Part shown: positions 41,133 to 50,635 of the stretch, one piece after another | Layout of the letters: each line of letters opens with the position of its first letter | How positions within the stretch are numbered: the stretch's first letter is position 1 | NCBI GenBank assembly: GCA_963802185.1 | Contig: CAWDHU010000015.1 | Location: 657,781 to 721,780 of the forward strand | DNA: 64,000 nt | Direction: 5' to 3' | From: an uncultured Bacteroidales bacterium | GTDB lineage: Bacteria; Bacteroidota; Bacteroidia; Bacteroidales; UBA4417 | Notes under the pieces: generated by a model | What the model saw: the letters and a program-made list of their open reading frames with translations, nothing else | Databases searched by the model: none | Told to the model about the DNA's origin: nothing | Translations under genes and position numbers: made by a program

Positions 41133-41867
41133 TCATAGTTTTAATCCAAATGCAAAGAATAGATTCAGATGACTAAAATTGATTTTGCTTTCAGGAAAAA
41201 TTTGTGAATTACCCCCAAAATTTTCAGATGTATAGGGCCCCATTTTGCAGTCAGTAGTTAAAAGGTAGTTTGCACCAATCTTACCAAATGTCCCGGTGCG
41301 GTCCCATAACTTTAAATTTAAACCGGTAAATAACCCTAAAGAGTATATAGTGTATTGTTCCTCTGATACCGGTGATCCTAACTCGTATTTATCACATGAA
41401 TTGACCATCACAGCAGGCCCAGCCTGAATTTCCAGGTAATCTTTCACTTCATAAGTATAAAAAGGAATTATAGAAATATTAGACAAATGGACATCCAAAT
41501 ATCCATTAACAGAAGAGTACCCCTTTACTTCACCAAAACCTGAGTAGTTTACCATGATTCCTAGTTGACTTCTTTTTGCTATTGGGTAACTAAAGTCAAT
41601 TTGTGTGGTAAAACCTGCACTTGAATAAATTGGATATGTAATATAATCTTTACTGTTTTTAAATATTTTTATCCAAACTTTCTCAGTATAACTATAGCCG
41701 TACTTTCTCATTAAATCCCCCATTTGCATTTGGGGACCTGAGCAGTTTATACCAATTCCGAATTCAACTTTCAATTTTTTGTCGGATTTGGCTTCCTGGG
41801 CTGATGCGGTAAACATCATACAGTTTATTGCAACAATCGCTAACAATAGCAAACAATGTGTTTTCAT
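41133..41867 (-). CDS. Outer-membrane beta-barrel protein (paralog of 46593..47354)
   Basis: Signal peptide ending ASAQ, beta-strand periodicity, and a C-terminal ...FFAFGLKL. Its 5' flank is homologous to the flank of the other OMP gene. Confidence 0.5.
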   Translation of the reverse strand: MKTHCLLLLAIVAINCMMFTASAQEAKSDKKLKVEFGIGINCSGPQMQMGDLMRKYGYSYTEKVWIKIFKNSKDYITYPIYSSAGFTTQIDFSYPIAKRSQLGIMVNYSGFGEVKGYSSVNGYLDVHLSNISIIPFYTYEVKDYLEIQAGPAVMVNSCDKYELGSPVSEEQYTIYSLGLFTGLNLKLWDRTGTFGKIGANYLLTTDCKMGPYTSENFGGNSQIFPESKINFSHLNLFFAFGLKL

Positions 41868-41910
41868 GGTATTTGGTTTTTAATGTTTGATTTTTACTTG
41901 TAAAAAGAAA

Positions 41911-41926
41911 TTCAACAACCAGGCCA
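41911..41926 (-). promoter_or_regulatory. Sigma-54-like -24/-12 element with a non-canonical -12 (TGGCCTGGTTGTTGAA on the minus strand)
   Basis: It is conserved with 47383..47398, lies ~48 nt upstream of ATG 41867, and sits exactly 65 nt from the palindrome. Confidence 0.35.
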
Positions 41927-41991
41927 GACGATGCAATTATCAGATATACAGATATATAATAGTTTTTTTGAGTGGGAAGCTGAAATTCTTT

Positions 41992-42008
41992 TGTAGCGTT
42001 TCGCTACA
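41992..42008. promoter_or_regulatory. Perfect palindrome TGTAGCG-N3-CGCTACA (candidate UAS), plus an extra half-site CGCTACA at 42025-42031
   Basis: tgtagcgtttcgctaca is identical to 47464..47480. Confidence 0.55.
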
Positions 42009-42089
42009 TTTTATTGTTTCAGATCGCTACACTTAAGTTTACTTCCCTAATAATTGATGCTTACCATATTTATGATATTGATTTGCAAA

Positions 42090-42410
42090 GCAGAAAACCG
42101 ATCGGATTTGTAATATATCGGATGTTAATAATGACTCAGATAGGGGTGTTTACAGCAGAGTTTGTATTGAAAAGACTATTTTGCAGAGTTTATATCTTGT
42201 CAAATCTTGTATTTATTCATTGATGCAATCAGAAACCAAATGTGATGTGATCCTGTTCAGCAGGAATATTGCCAGGAACATTATTCCTGTCAATGAAGGT
42301 CTGAAATGGATTGTGAAAATTCTGCAGGTTGATCCCGAAGCATGGGGAATAAAAATAACTGCTTATTGTAAAACAGGTGTAATCGTTGAGGTTATTAAAT
42401 GGAACTGAAT
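42090..42410 (+). pseudogene. Decayed relic of a sigma-54 response-regulator receiver domain
   Basis: It aligns in frame to codons 1-110 of RR 47561. The ATG is replaced by cag, the acidic pocket VVDDD has become DVNND, and the phospho-acceptor LLDMNF has become LFSRNI. It retains EGLKWIVKILQVDPE...ITAY and is truncated by a stop at 42408. Confidence 0.7.
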
Positions 42411-42482
42411 GCCTGGTTTGCCATGATAATCTTTGCCATACGAAGTAGGAGATTGAGTGCTCTTTCTGCCATTTTTTTACCT

Positions 42483-42686
42483 CTATGGTAAGTGATTCTT
42501 TCTGTATATCTGGACTCCCAGTATGATCGCAGAACTAATTACTACAATAAATAAAATTATCAAGCCAGTTAAATATCCATTGCCATATTTTGTAAGCCGG
42601 TGAACGTCCATTACTAATATCCGGACAATTTTGAAGGATAGAACTAAAGCAAAAAACAAGATTAGCGAAAAGATAGTTTTTTTCAT
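42483..42686 (-). CDS. Small two-TM membrane protein
   Basis: 67 aa with two hydrophobic helices. No homology is recognisable by eye. Confidence 0.3.
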   Translation of the reverse strand: MKKTIFSLILFFALVLSFKIVRILVMDVHRLTKYGNGYLTGLIILFIVVISSAIILGVQIYRKNHLP

Positions 42687-42727
42687 AACACTGATGGATT
42701 AGAAATATTGTTTTCAAAACATTCACA

Positions 42728-42765
42728 ATAGAGAGAGAGGAAATTTCTATTTCCTCTCTCTCTAT
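42728..42765 (-). terminator. 17-bp perfect hairpin downstream of the Bor-like gene
   Basis: atagagagagaggaaat-ttct-atttcctctctctctat. Confidence 0.55.
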
Positions 42766-42773
42766 CCAATTAA

Positions 42774-43079
42774 TTATTTTTGGACTGTGGTTGTCGTTGG
42801 AGTGTATATTCCAAAAGTTAAACCAGCTACCAATCCATTTACAAATGATTGACTGGTTTTTACACTATAATCTTTGGTTTCGCCAGCCAATTGTTTAGGG
42901 TTCGAAACTCCCACAGGGATTAAGCCAAAAAGGACATAACTATTCCATTTTTTAACTTCTTGGGTTCCTTTGGCCCCTTCACCGACTATGGTGGTATATG
43001 TATAACATGAAGTTAACATGCATGAGCATAAGATTGCTCCAATTAACAATTTGAAGATTTTTGTTTTCATTGTTGTCAT
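42774..43079 (-). CDS. Bor/Iss-family small lipoprotein
   Basis: Lipobox LTSC. The pattern CYTYTTIVG...KWN.Y.LFGLIP...Y.V.T.QSF.NGL...TFGIYTPTT is typical of the Bor family. Alternative start at 43070. Confidence 0.55.
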   Translation of the reverse strand: MTTMKTKIFKLLIGAILCSCMLTSCYTYTTIVGEGAKGTQEVKKWNSYVLFGLIPVGVSNPKQLAGETKDYSVKTSQSFVNGLVAGLTFGIYTPTTTTVQK

Positions 43080-43171
43080 ATGAAGTTTGATGTATATAAT
43101 TGTTTAAATTATTTTGAGTCATTTGCTTTTTCATCAGTAGTTATATCTGACAAATAGCATTTCTTTCAGTG

Positions 43172-44521
43172 TTAATTCAAATTAATATGGAGTTGGTTAT
43201 CAGCAGGAGGCAGGTCTGTCCAGATGCTATACAATGCCCCATCAAGTGGAGGCGGAAATGTACCAATTGTCTGAAGTAATTCTGGAGAGGGTGACTCATC
43301 TCCTGCGTAGTGTGCCATCCAGCCATCCCTGAAGTATGGTGCCAGATAGGATGCCGTTTCCTCATCTAATCCATATGAAGCACTTAAAACATATGCGAAA
43401 TACCCATCAAAGTGACTGCTCAGAAACACATTGGAATAGTCGGTGAAACTCATGCCTCCTGGTAAAGAATAGTTAATGGATGTAACCCAATTGGTGTTTA
43501 TGTCCATACTTTGCTTAGTGAGGGTAACCAGACGGTATGGGCTTGGAGGTGTAACCAGGGAGCCGGTTTCAATATCATATAAAACATCGCTGCCTTTCGT
43601 ACCCATCATGGTGATATCATTTGCATGATAATGACCAGTGAACATTATTTTCAGACCAGCAGCCATCAACCTTGGCCCATCCTCTAAATAATTATCTGTC
43701 ACATAACCGGGATCCAATTGTTGTTCCCCCATATAATGTTCAACAATTCCATGATGCATCATGCTGAGTACAGTTATGTTCTTTTGTTTGGCTTCCTGTA
43801 ATTTTCCTAAAATCCATGTCATGGTTTCCGGCTTGATTACTCCGGATACTAGGGCCAGGTTAGTATTGTCGTAATATTTGCAATCATCAATACCCAGAAT
43901 CCATAATCCGTTATAAGGCTGACTAATGTAAGTTAGCGAATTTGGATCTCGGCAGATGGCGTTTTTATACCCGAAATTGCCATAAATTTTAGGAAAATCA
44001 CTTACCTTGATACTGGGAGCTTTGCTTTCGTTATCTCCGTTATATATCCGGGCTTCAGGGTTATTGATATCATGATTTCCGGGTATTACAAATACTTTAA
44101 TCCCACAGTCGGCAAGTTGTTGAAGCATACTGGCTAAGGCTTCATGGCACACTTTTTCGCCATCCTTTGTCAGGTCGCCAGGAATTAGCACGATATCCGG
44201 TTTATCACGTTTTAATTGCGAAATCACTTTCCTTAAAATAGGATCACTGTATTCAAGTAATTTCGGGTCGGCCGCGAGGTAGGCCTGAAATGCTTCACCA
44301 TTTGCTGCACCATTCTTTAGCAGCGAAGGTGACATATAATGAATATCCGACACCACAGCAATTTTTATCTGGAGTGGTTTGCATTTCAACGCATTGTAGC
44401 CATCATCTGTTGCCTGTGGTGAATTATCTGCCAGGTAATCTTTCGTACAGGCTGCTACAACGAAGATCATTAGTATTAGAATCAAAAATTTCAGCTTTTT
44501 CATAAGTTTTGGTTTTAACAA
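43172..44521 (-). CDS. Calcineurin-like metallophosphoesterase lipoprotein
   Basis: Lipobox VVAAC. Motifs SDIHY, GDLTKDGE, GNHD, MMHHG and GHYHAN. Alternative start at 44503. Confidence 0.8.
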   Translation of the reverse strand: MLKPKLMKKLKFLILILMIFVVAACTKDYLADNSPQATDDGYNALKCKPLQIKIAVVSDIHYMSPSLLKNGAANGEAFQAYLAADPKLLEYSDPILRKVISQLKRDKPDIVLIPGDLTKDGEKVCHEALASMLQQLADCGIKVFVIPGNHDINNPEARIYNGDNESKAPSIKVSDFPKIYGNFGYKNAICRDPNSLTYISQPYNGLWILGIDDCKYYDNTNLALVSGVIKPETMTWILGKLQEAKQKNITVLSMMHHGIVEHYMGEQQLDPGYVTDNYLEDGPRLMAAGLKIMFTGHYHANDITMMGTKGSDVLYDIETGSLVTPPSPYRLVTLTKQSMDINTNWVTSINYSLPGGMSFTDYSNVFLSSHFDGYFAYVLSASYGLDEETASYLAPYFRDGWMAHYAGDESPSPELLQTIGTFPPPLDGALYSIWTDLPPADNQLHINLN

Positions 44522-44755
44522 TTAAACAGTGTATTAATGATTGATTCAACATTAGATAAAATGATATCGACTTGAAAATAGAAAGAAGTTAATTGACAAT
44601 TCGCTGAATAGCGTAAGGCTTCTAGAGGGTTTGCTCGTTAAGCCCTTGGAAGTGCATTCATGAGAAAATAGTGTAGAACCAGTAATCAAAAAAGTACACC
44701 AAGAGACGCTATGCATGTTATTCGGTAATATTCAATAATAGGTCCACTCAAACCA

Positions 44756-45589
44756 TTATACTGGACTGCCAACAAACAGAATATAATTTTCCTTTTTCTT
44801 GAGCATATTCGTATTGTAACCTGTATGCACAACAGCGTAAAACCTGTACCCTAAATAATTTATCCAGGTTTTGAAATTCTCACGCCTGACCCATTTTGAA
44901 CTGCCCTGGTATCCTTGTATAATATGGCTTGTGATATTCTCCCTGTACTCAATTTTTAAGCCTGAACCTGCAAACGATGAGATGTAATCTGACTCTTCCC
45001 AATGGTTAAAAGCCATCTTGTTTTTCCACCCTTTCGAAAGATACTTCCGGTTTGGAAATATATTCACAATGTCAGCAATTACAAATTCCCCTGATGGTTT
45101 CAGTACACGACTAACCTGTTTGAGGAACAATTCTTTATGTGGATAATGAAAAGCACTCTCGATGCAAATCAGCACATCGATTGAATGATCACTTATGGTA
45201 TCAAGCTTTTGTGCATCATCTACTTTGAAATCAATATTTTTCTGACCGGCTTTGTGTTGAAGTGCTATTGAAATATTATCCGGATTCAAATCAATTCCGG
45301 TAAGGTTCAGGGGCGATCTGGTATCAGAAATATACATGGACTGAATACCATTTCCACATCCTACTTCCAACACTTTTTTATTTGCTAGCCCTTCAATATG
45401 CGAGAGACAATAATTGGTAAGATTCTCCTGCCGCTTTTCAAGTGATTCAAAATCTTCCGTGTAGAAAGGATAGTGGAGCATCAGATGCTTCCCGAAAAGC
45501 TGGAGGTAGACATCATTGATCGATACATAATAATCCCGGACCGAATAGGCCGCTGAAATTAAACTTGGTCTTTTTACAATCTTTTTCAT
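44756..45589 (-). CDS. Class I SAM-dependent methyltransferase
   Basis: Motif I VLEVGCGNG, post-I GIDLN, and motif II/III DVLICIESAFHY...LKPSGEF. Confidence 0.8.
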   Translation of the reverse strand: MKKIVKRPSLISAAYSVRDYYVSINDVYLQLFGKHLMLHYPFYTEDFESLEKRQENLTNYCLSHIEGLANKKVLEVGCGNGIQSMYISDTRSPLNLTGIDLNPDNISIALQHKAGQKNIDFKVDDAQKLDTISDHSIDVLICIESAFHYPHKELFLKQVSRVLKPSGEFVIADIVNIFPNRKYLSKGWKNKMAFNHWEESDYISSFAGSGLKIEYRENITSHIIQGYQGSSKWVRRENFKTWINYLGYRFYAVVHTGYNTNMLKKKENYILFVGSPV

Positions 45590-45756
45590 TTTTTTAGAGT
45601 GTTTTGGTTAATGAAAGTAAATTTTGACTTTATAATTAACATTTAACAATTCCTAATTTGAATAATCAATGATATGGTTATCCTTATTTTATGAGTCAGA
45701 AATATATTTTTTCCGGACATCTGTATCTGCAAAACAATTAGGGAGAATTACAAGCT

Positions 45757-46608
45757 TTACTCATTAATACGTTTAAACTCGTACCCGATTTCACCATTAT
45801 TTATTCTTAAACTTAAATAGCCAGCATTACTCAGACCATCTTCCAGGGCATCAACTACTATATAAGTGGTAACTCCAAATACTTTAACATCCTTTTCGTG
45901 GTCATGCCCTGTAATAACCATATCGACATTATTCCTGGCAAATAAATCCATTAAAAAAACTAATTCTTCCTCCACCAGGTTGGTGCTCTCTGTTTTCCTG
46001 GGTCTGAACAGATTGATATGTGTAATTACAATGCATCGACGGAAGGAAGAACGCATAGTTTGCAGAATCTGAGTGAACCATTCAGTTTGTAGCTTTCCTA
46101 GAGTGCCTCCGCCTGTATCAAGACAGATAAACAGATCTGTACCTGAAGGTGTTATTACAGTAAAATAATAACTGGAAGAACCAAATCTGGAATAAAACTC
46201 TTCCCAGCCGTTATGCCACAGATCATGATTACCTGCGAGATAGAATGATCTCAGGGAATCATTCTTTGGGAAATGTTTCTCAAATTCATTATAGTCCTCA
46301 GCTTTACCACCATTAAGATCGCCATCAATTATAACCGCTGCCGGTTTAACGGATAGTGAAATGTTTAAGAACTTGTCAAGATTAATTGTAGTACCAACAT
46401 GAATATCAGCCATTGTTAAAATTGTATAGTCTTCCGATTCGACATTTATTTCGGTGTAAGGATGATTCATGTTCCATTCCATTGATTCATGGAAACGCTT
46501 ATCGACCGGTTCACTTGAGCTGGTGGGACCTTCTACTTTCCCACAGGCTGTTACCAATAAAGCCATAGCTGCAATAAGCAGCGATTTTTGATTTAATTGA
46601 CATTCCAT
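45757..46608 (-). CDS. Calcineurin-like metallophosphoesterase lipoprotein
   Basis: Lipobox LVTAC. Motifs ADIHVG, GDLNGG, GNHD, ITHIN and GHDHE. It overlaps the upstream OMP gene by 16 nt. Confidence 0.75.
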   Translation of the reverse strand: MECQLNQKSLLIAAMALLVTACGKVEGPTSSSEPVDKRFHESMEWNMNHPYTEINVESEDYTILTMADIHVGTTINLDKFLNISLSVKPAAVIIDGDLNGGKAEDYNEFEKHFPKNDSLRSFYLAGNHDLWHNGWEEFYSRFGSSSYYFTVITPSGTDLFICLDTGGGTLGKLQTEWFTQILQTMRSSFRRCIVITHINLFRPRKTESTNLVEEELVFLMDLFARNNVDMVITGHDHEKDVKVFGVTTYIVVDALEDGLSNAGYLSLRINNGEIGYEFKRINE

Positions 46609-47354
46609 TGTACACCTCCTCTGATTACGAAACCAAAATAATTTGAACAGATATTTGTTACCCCTGCATTCTTATACCATCCTTCAGCAAACAGGCAAAC
46701 CTGAGTACTTAATTTGTAGTAACCTTTCAGATTAACATAGGGGTTTGTTTCCTGGTTAATCATAAAATGATCAATGTTAGTCAAGGTTACTCCTGCATTC
46801 CATTTGTAGTCTGATGGTTTGATATTATAACCGAATGAATATAACAGGTTAAAATTCTCATGAATTTTTAATGCATCTTTTCCAATTTCATAGTCCTTCA
46901 ATGCTTTTCTCCTAAAACTATACGTCCTGGAGTTGGTACCGATCCGTAAGTCAAAATGATTGCTATTCATCGAGATAACAAAGCCATAATTTGTTTCCTG
47001 AAGAAGCCGGGAGGCACTTGTCCACAACCAGAATCCGTGTATACCAAGCAGAGTGTTTTTTATTTTGAACTCCCTTGAACCATCAATCCGATAACCTGAT
47101 AGAGTAATATTATTACCATTAAGCAGGTTAGTCTGAAGTCCTGCATTCAGCTTATAATTCCCTGATATGTACTGTCCAAGGAATGCAGACTTTATAAACA
47201 TGCCATCAGAAACAGAATTTCTGGCAACATCGGCATAAATAGTTAAACCAGGCTGTGCAACCACATTTACCCTGATTATAATAAGAATGATGATCAAAAC
47301 TCCTGTAATTTTATGCGAATGGCCTTGTGAACTCATGGGAACCAGGTTTTTCAT
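46593..47354 (-). CDS. Outer-membrane beta-barrel protein
   Basis: Start taken at ATG 47354 (MKNLVPMSS...), which aligns with the paralog start at 41867. It has a signal/TM segment and beta-strand periodicity. Confidence 0.5.
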   Translation of the reverse strand: MKNLVPMSSQGHSHKITGVLIIILIIIRVNVVAQPGLTIYADVARNSVSDGMFIKSAFLGQYISGNYKLNAGLQTNLLNGNNITLSGYRIDGSREFKIKNTLLGIHGFWLWTSASRLLQETNYGFVISMNSNHFDLRIGTNSRTYSFRRKALKDYEIGKDALKIHENFNLLYSFGYNIKPSDYKWNAGVTLTNIDHFMINQETNPYVNLKGYYKLSTQVCLFAEGWYKNAGVTNICSNYFGFVIRGGVQWNVN

Positions 47355-47382
47355 TGTTTGGTTTGTTGGTGCTAAATAGAAA

Positions 47383-47398
47383 TTCAACAATCAGACCA
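47383..47398 (-). promoter_or_regulatory. Sigma-54-like -24/-12 element with a non-canonical -12 (TGGTCTGATTGTTGAA on the minus strand)
   Basis: It is conserved with 41911..41926 and lies 65 nt from the palindrome. Confidence 0.35.
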
Positions 47399-47463
47399 CC
47401 TGATGTATATATCTAATATTCAGTCGTATAAGTGATTATGTGGATTGTTGTTAAAAATTTATT

Positions 47464-47480
47464 TGTAGCGTTTCGCTACA
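47464..47480. promoter_or_regulatory. Perfect palindrome TGTAGCG-N3-CGCTACA (candidate UAS/operator), plus a half-site at 47497-47503
   Basis: It lies in the divergent region between the OMP operon and the RR-HK operon. Confidence 0.55.
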
Positions 47481-47560
47481 TTTTTTTGTTTCAGATCGCT
47501 ACACTTATTATCTTTACACATCTTTGTGTCTTCGCATTTTATTATTATTAATTTGCAAAC

Positions 47561-48952
47561 ATGAAACCAGACCGGTTTTGCAATCTATTGGTTGTTGATG
47601 ATGACACAGATGTTCTGTTCACAGCAAAGCTTTTATTCAAAGGATTGTTTGGCAAGGTCGATACTCTGGCACGCCCTTCATTTATTCCTGATTGCCTTCG
47701 CGATTGCAAGTATGATCTGATCCTTCTCGATATGAATTTTACCCGTGGAATTACCTCGGGAAAAGAAGGACTCGAATGGCTGGCGAAAATATTGGAGATT
47801 GATCCTGAGGTCCGCGTAATCGTAACCACTGCTTACGGGGAAATAGATTTAGCTGTTCAGGCTATGAAACTTGGTGCGGTTGATTTTATCATCAAACCCT
47901 GGAATAAAGCACAACTGATTGCTACTATCAGGAATGTATTTGCAAAGGACAAAATAATCAGTGTATCCAATGGTCATAAAAGCAAACCCACTGATTCCCG
48001 TCATCATGCAAATAGCAGATACCCCGAAATTTTTACACGTTCGGCTAGCATGAAGCAGGTTATTGAAACCATAAAAACTGTTGCATCCACAGATGCCAAT
48101 ATACTGATATTAGGTGAAAATGGTACTGGTAAGGAGCTGGTAGCCTGGTCGTTGCATTCTCAATCATTACGAAAGCAACAAGCATTTGTGCATGTTGACT
48201 TAGGTGCTATTCCCGAAACTCTGTTCGAAGCTGAGTTATTCGGGCATATCCGAGGTGCTTTTACAGATGCAAAAGAAGACAGAACCGGAAGATTTGAAGC
48301 AGCTTCGGGTGGAACATTATTTCTTGACGAGATCGGTAACCTTAGTATGCCAATGCAGGCTAAACTTCTGACTGCTGTTCAAAACAGGGAAATTATTAAA
48401 ATTGGAACCAATCATCCTGTAAATATAAATGTGAGGTTGATTTCAGCAACCAATATGCCTTTATATCAAATGGCGGAATCATTTGAATTCAGGCAGGACT
48501 TGCTTTATCGCCTGAACACTGTTGAGATTATATTGCCTCCACTGAGAGACCGTAAAGAAGATATTGAACTCTTAGCAGACTTTTTTATAAAACAATTTTC
48601 AGAACAGTATAGTAAACAAGGAATTAGCATAAGTGAAGATGCCCTTGAAGTTATGAAACTATACAACTGGCCTGGGAATATCCGTGAGCTGGCTCACGTA
48701 ATCGAAAGGGCAATCATACTTAATAAAAGCGGAATCCTTAAGCCTGAAGATTTTACTTTGAAAGTAAAAGCACAAGCAGTACTGGTTCTTGATGAACCAA
48801 TCGTCAGCATAGGAGATTATGAGAGAAAAGTTATTTCAAATGCATTAAGTAAATATAACGGAAACCTTTCCAGGGCTGCTGACGATTTAGGAGTTGCCAG
48901 GACCACATTATACAGGAAGATATCACGGTTCGGACCGGAATTCTGGAAATAA
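47561..48952 (+). CDS. Sigma-54-dependent response regulator (REC-AAA+-Fis HTH)
   Basis: VVDDD...LLDMNF receiver, Walker A GENGTGKE, GAFTDA loop, and HTH AADDLGVARTTLYRKI. Confidence 0.9.
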   Translation: MKPDRFCNLLVVDDDTDVLFTAKLLFKGLFGKVDTLARPSFIPDCLRDCKYDLILLDMNFTRGITSGKEGLEWLAKILEIDPEVRVIVTTAYGEIDLAVQAMKLGAVDFIIKPWNKAQLIATIRNVFAKDKIISVSNGHKSKPTDSRHHANSRYPEIFTRSASMKQVIETIKTVASTDANILILGENGTGKELVAWSLHSQSLRKQQAFVHVDLGAIPETLFEAELFGHIRGAFTDAKEDRTGRFEAASGGTLFLDEIGNLSMPMQAKLLTAVQNREIIKIGTNHPVNINVRLISATNMPLYQMAESFEFRQDLLYRLNTVEIILPPLRDRKEDIELLADFFIKQFSEQYSKQGISISEDALEVMKLYNWPGNIRELAHVIERAIILNKSGILKPEDFTLKVKAQAVLVLDEPIVSIGDYERKVISNALSKYNGNLSRAADDLGVARTTLYRKISRFGPEFWK

Positions 48953-49015
48953 CCAATTCGAAAAATACTCAATGAGTTTTAATTTTAGATCATACTATTT
49001 ATAAAAACAGGAATT

Positions 49016-50431
49016 ATGAAGAAAGTATGGAATTATATTTCCAATCTCGGTCTAAGGGAAGATGAGGACGAGTTGATGCGGCGGTCAATTATGCTCAGTA
49101 ACAAGTTAAACTTTGTGATGTTGATTTTGACGGTATTGCTTTTTGCTACGGTTGTTCCTGTAATGCTTATTACCCATGATCCGATGTCATATGGTACACT
49201 CAGGGTTGCTATTCTATTAGGTTTCACTTTGCTGAACCTTGCAGTTGCCGGTTTTGGATTTCCTAAACTCAGCAGGCTATTACTTATATATATGCCTCCT
49301 GTTATTTTCCTGCTTGGTCCTACTTTTATAGGTTATGTTGAAGAAGAAAGCTATACCTATTATCCTTATATTCTTGTTTGTACATCAGTCATTCCCCAAC
49401 TGCTTCTGAATCCTAAAAAGGAAAAGTTGTTGTTCTGGTTGTCCATGATCTATTATTTTGCATTGATACTGAGTATTGATTGGTTAATGATTCACTTTGA
49501 AACAAACTATTTCCCGATTGTCGACAGAATAAATACTTTTTATCCTTTTTATAAAATTGCCCAGATTACACTTTTTATCTTCATTAATGCCTGTATATTT
49601 TATCTCCGGTTGCTTAATTTCCGTTTTGAAGAAGAGTTGCAACAGAAAAACCGGGAGTTGGACGAACAGAATCGGGAACTAATAATTCAAAAAAATGAAA
49701 TCGCGAGCCAGAAAGATGAACTTGTAAGCAAAGAAACAAGTACCTGGCAAAAACTGATAAATATTATTTCTCATGAAATAGTAAACTCTGCTATACCTAT
49801 CACAAACCTGGCAGGAATGAGCAGCCAGATGCTTGAAGACGAGTCGGGAACTGTGCTGAAGCCTTCCAGGATAGGGGAGGAGGCAATTGAGGATATTCAT
49901 CACGGGCTCAAGATAATCGAATCAAGAACCCGGGCCCTGGTAAATTTTGTAACATCTACTAAAAGCCTCACCCAGATTCCGAAACCAGTAATCAGGCAAA
50001 TAAGTGTCAGGGAGTTATTCGACAGGATTGCAATTCTGTTCCAGCCCAGGTTTAAAGATAAAGGGATTCAATATGAAAAACACATTACTCCTCCAGATCT
50101 TAAATTTGAAGCTGACCTGGAGCTTATTGAAAATGTGATAATAAATCTGATTCAAAATGCAATGGAGGCGATGGAAGAAATCGCAGATCCCAGGCTTTCA
50201 TTTGTGGCAGAAACATCCGAACTGAACCAGGTTCAGATATCCATAACCGACAATGGAAAAGGCATAAGTGCTGACGCTATGGAAAGGATTTTCCTTCCAT
50301 ACTATTCAACAAAACCAAATAATTCAGGTATAGGACTGAGTTTGTCACAGCAAATAATGTTGTTGCATAAAGCCCGGCTGGAGGTGATCTCACAACCTGG
50401 TGAGGGAGCCACCTTTACAATGATATTCTGA
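49016..50431 (+). CDS. Membrane sensor histidine kinase (multi-TM N-terminus, coiled coil, HisKA, HATPase)
   Basis: About 6 TM segments, H-box ISHEIVNSAIPITNL, N-box LIQNAMEA, and G-boxes DNGKGI and NSGIGLSL. Confidence 0.85.
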   Translation: MKKVWNYISNLGLREDEDELMRRSIMLSNKLNFVMLILTVLLFATVVPVMLITHDPMSYGTLRVAILLGFTLLNLAVAGFGFPKLSRLLLIYMPPVIFLLGPTFIGYVEEESYTYYPYILVCTSVIPQLLLNPKKEKLLFWLSMIYYFALILSIDWLMIHFETNYFPIVDRINTFYPFYKIAQITLFIFINACIFYLRLLNFRFEEELQQKNRELDEQNRELIIQKNEIASQKDELVSKETSTWQKLINIISHEIVNSAIPITNLAGMSSQMLEDESGTVLKPSRIGEEAIEDIHHGLKIIESRTRALVNFVTSTKSLTQIPKPVIRQISVRELFDRIAILFQPRFKDKGIQYEKHITPPDLKFEADLELIENVIINLIQNAMEAMEEIADPRLSFVAETSELNQVQISITDNGKGISADAMERIFLPYYSTKPNNSGIGLSLSQQIMLLHKARLEVISQPGEGATFTMIF

Positions 50432-50635
50432 CAAAGTAATAATTTCAAATCCTATTAATTACTGAAGGCTGGAGGAACAACTCTTTATTATTGAAATCTT
50501 AATCTCTTAAGAGCCAGCAATAAATATATTTGCCAGGTACGGATTGAACATCTGAGTCTAAGCAATAGAATTCTCCTTATATTGAAATAAGACATCACCT
50601 CAATCTTTAAAATGCCACCACTATAAGCCAATCCT

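Noticed and set aside
41921-41936. Plus-strand aggccagacgatgcaa as a sigma-54 promoter for the RR relic
   Set aside because: The GG-to-GC spacing is one base short, and the motif is not conserved at the homologous position near 47393.
42014-42408. ORFs 42014..42223 and 42181..42408 as real small genes
   Set aside because: They read across the decayed copy of the RR upstream region and receiver domain. The nucleotide homology to 47510-47900 explains them.
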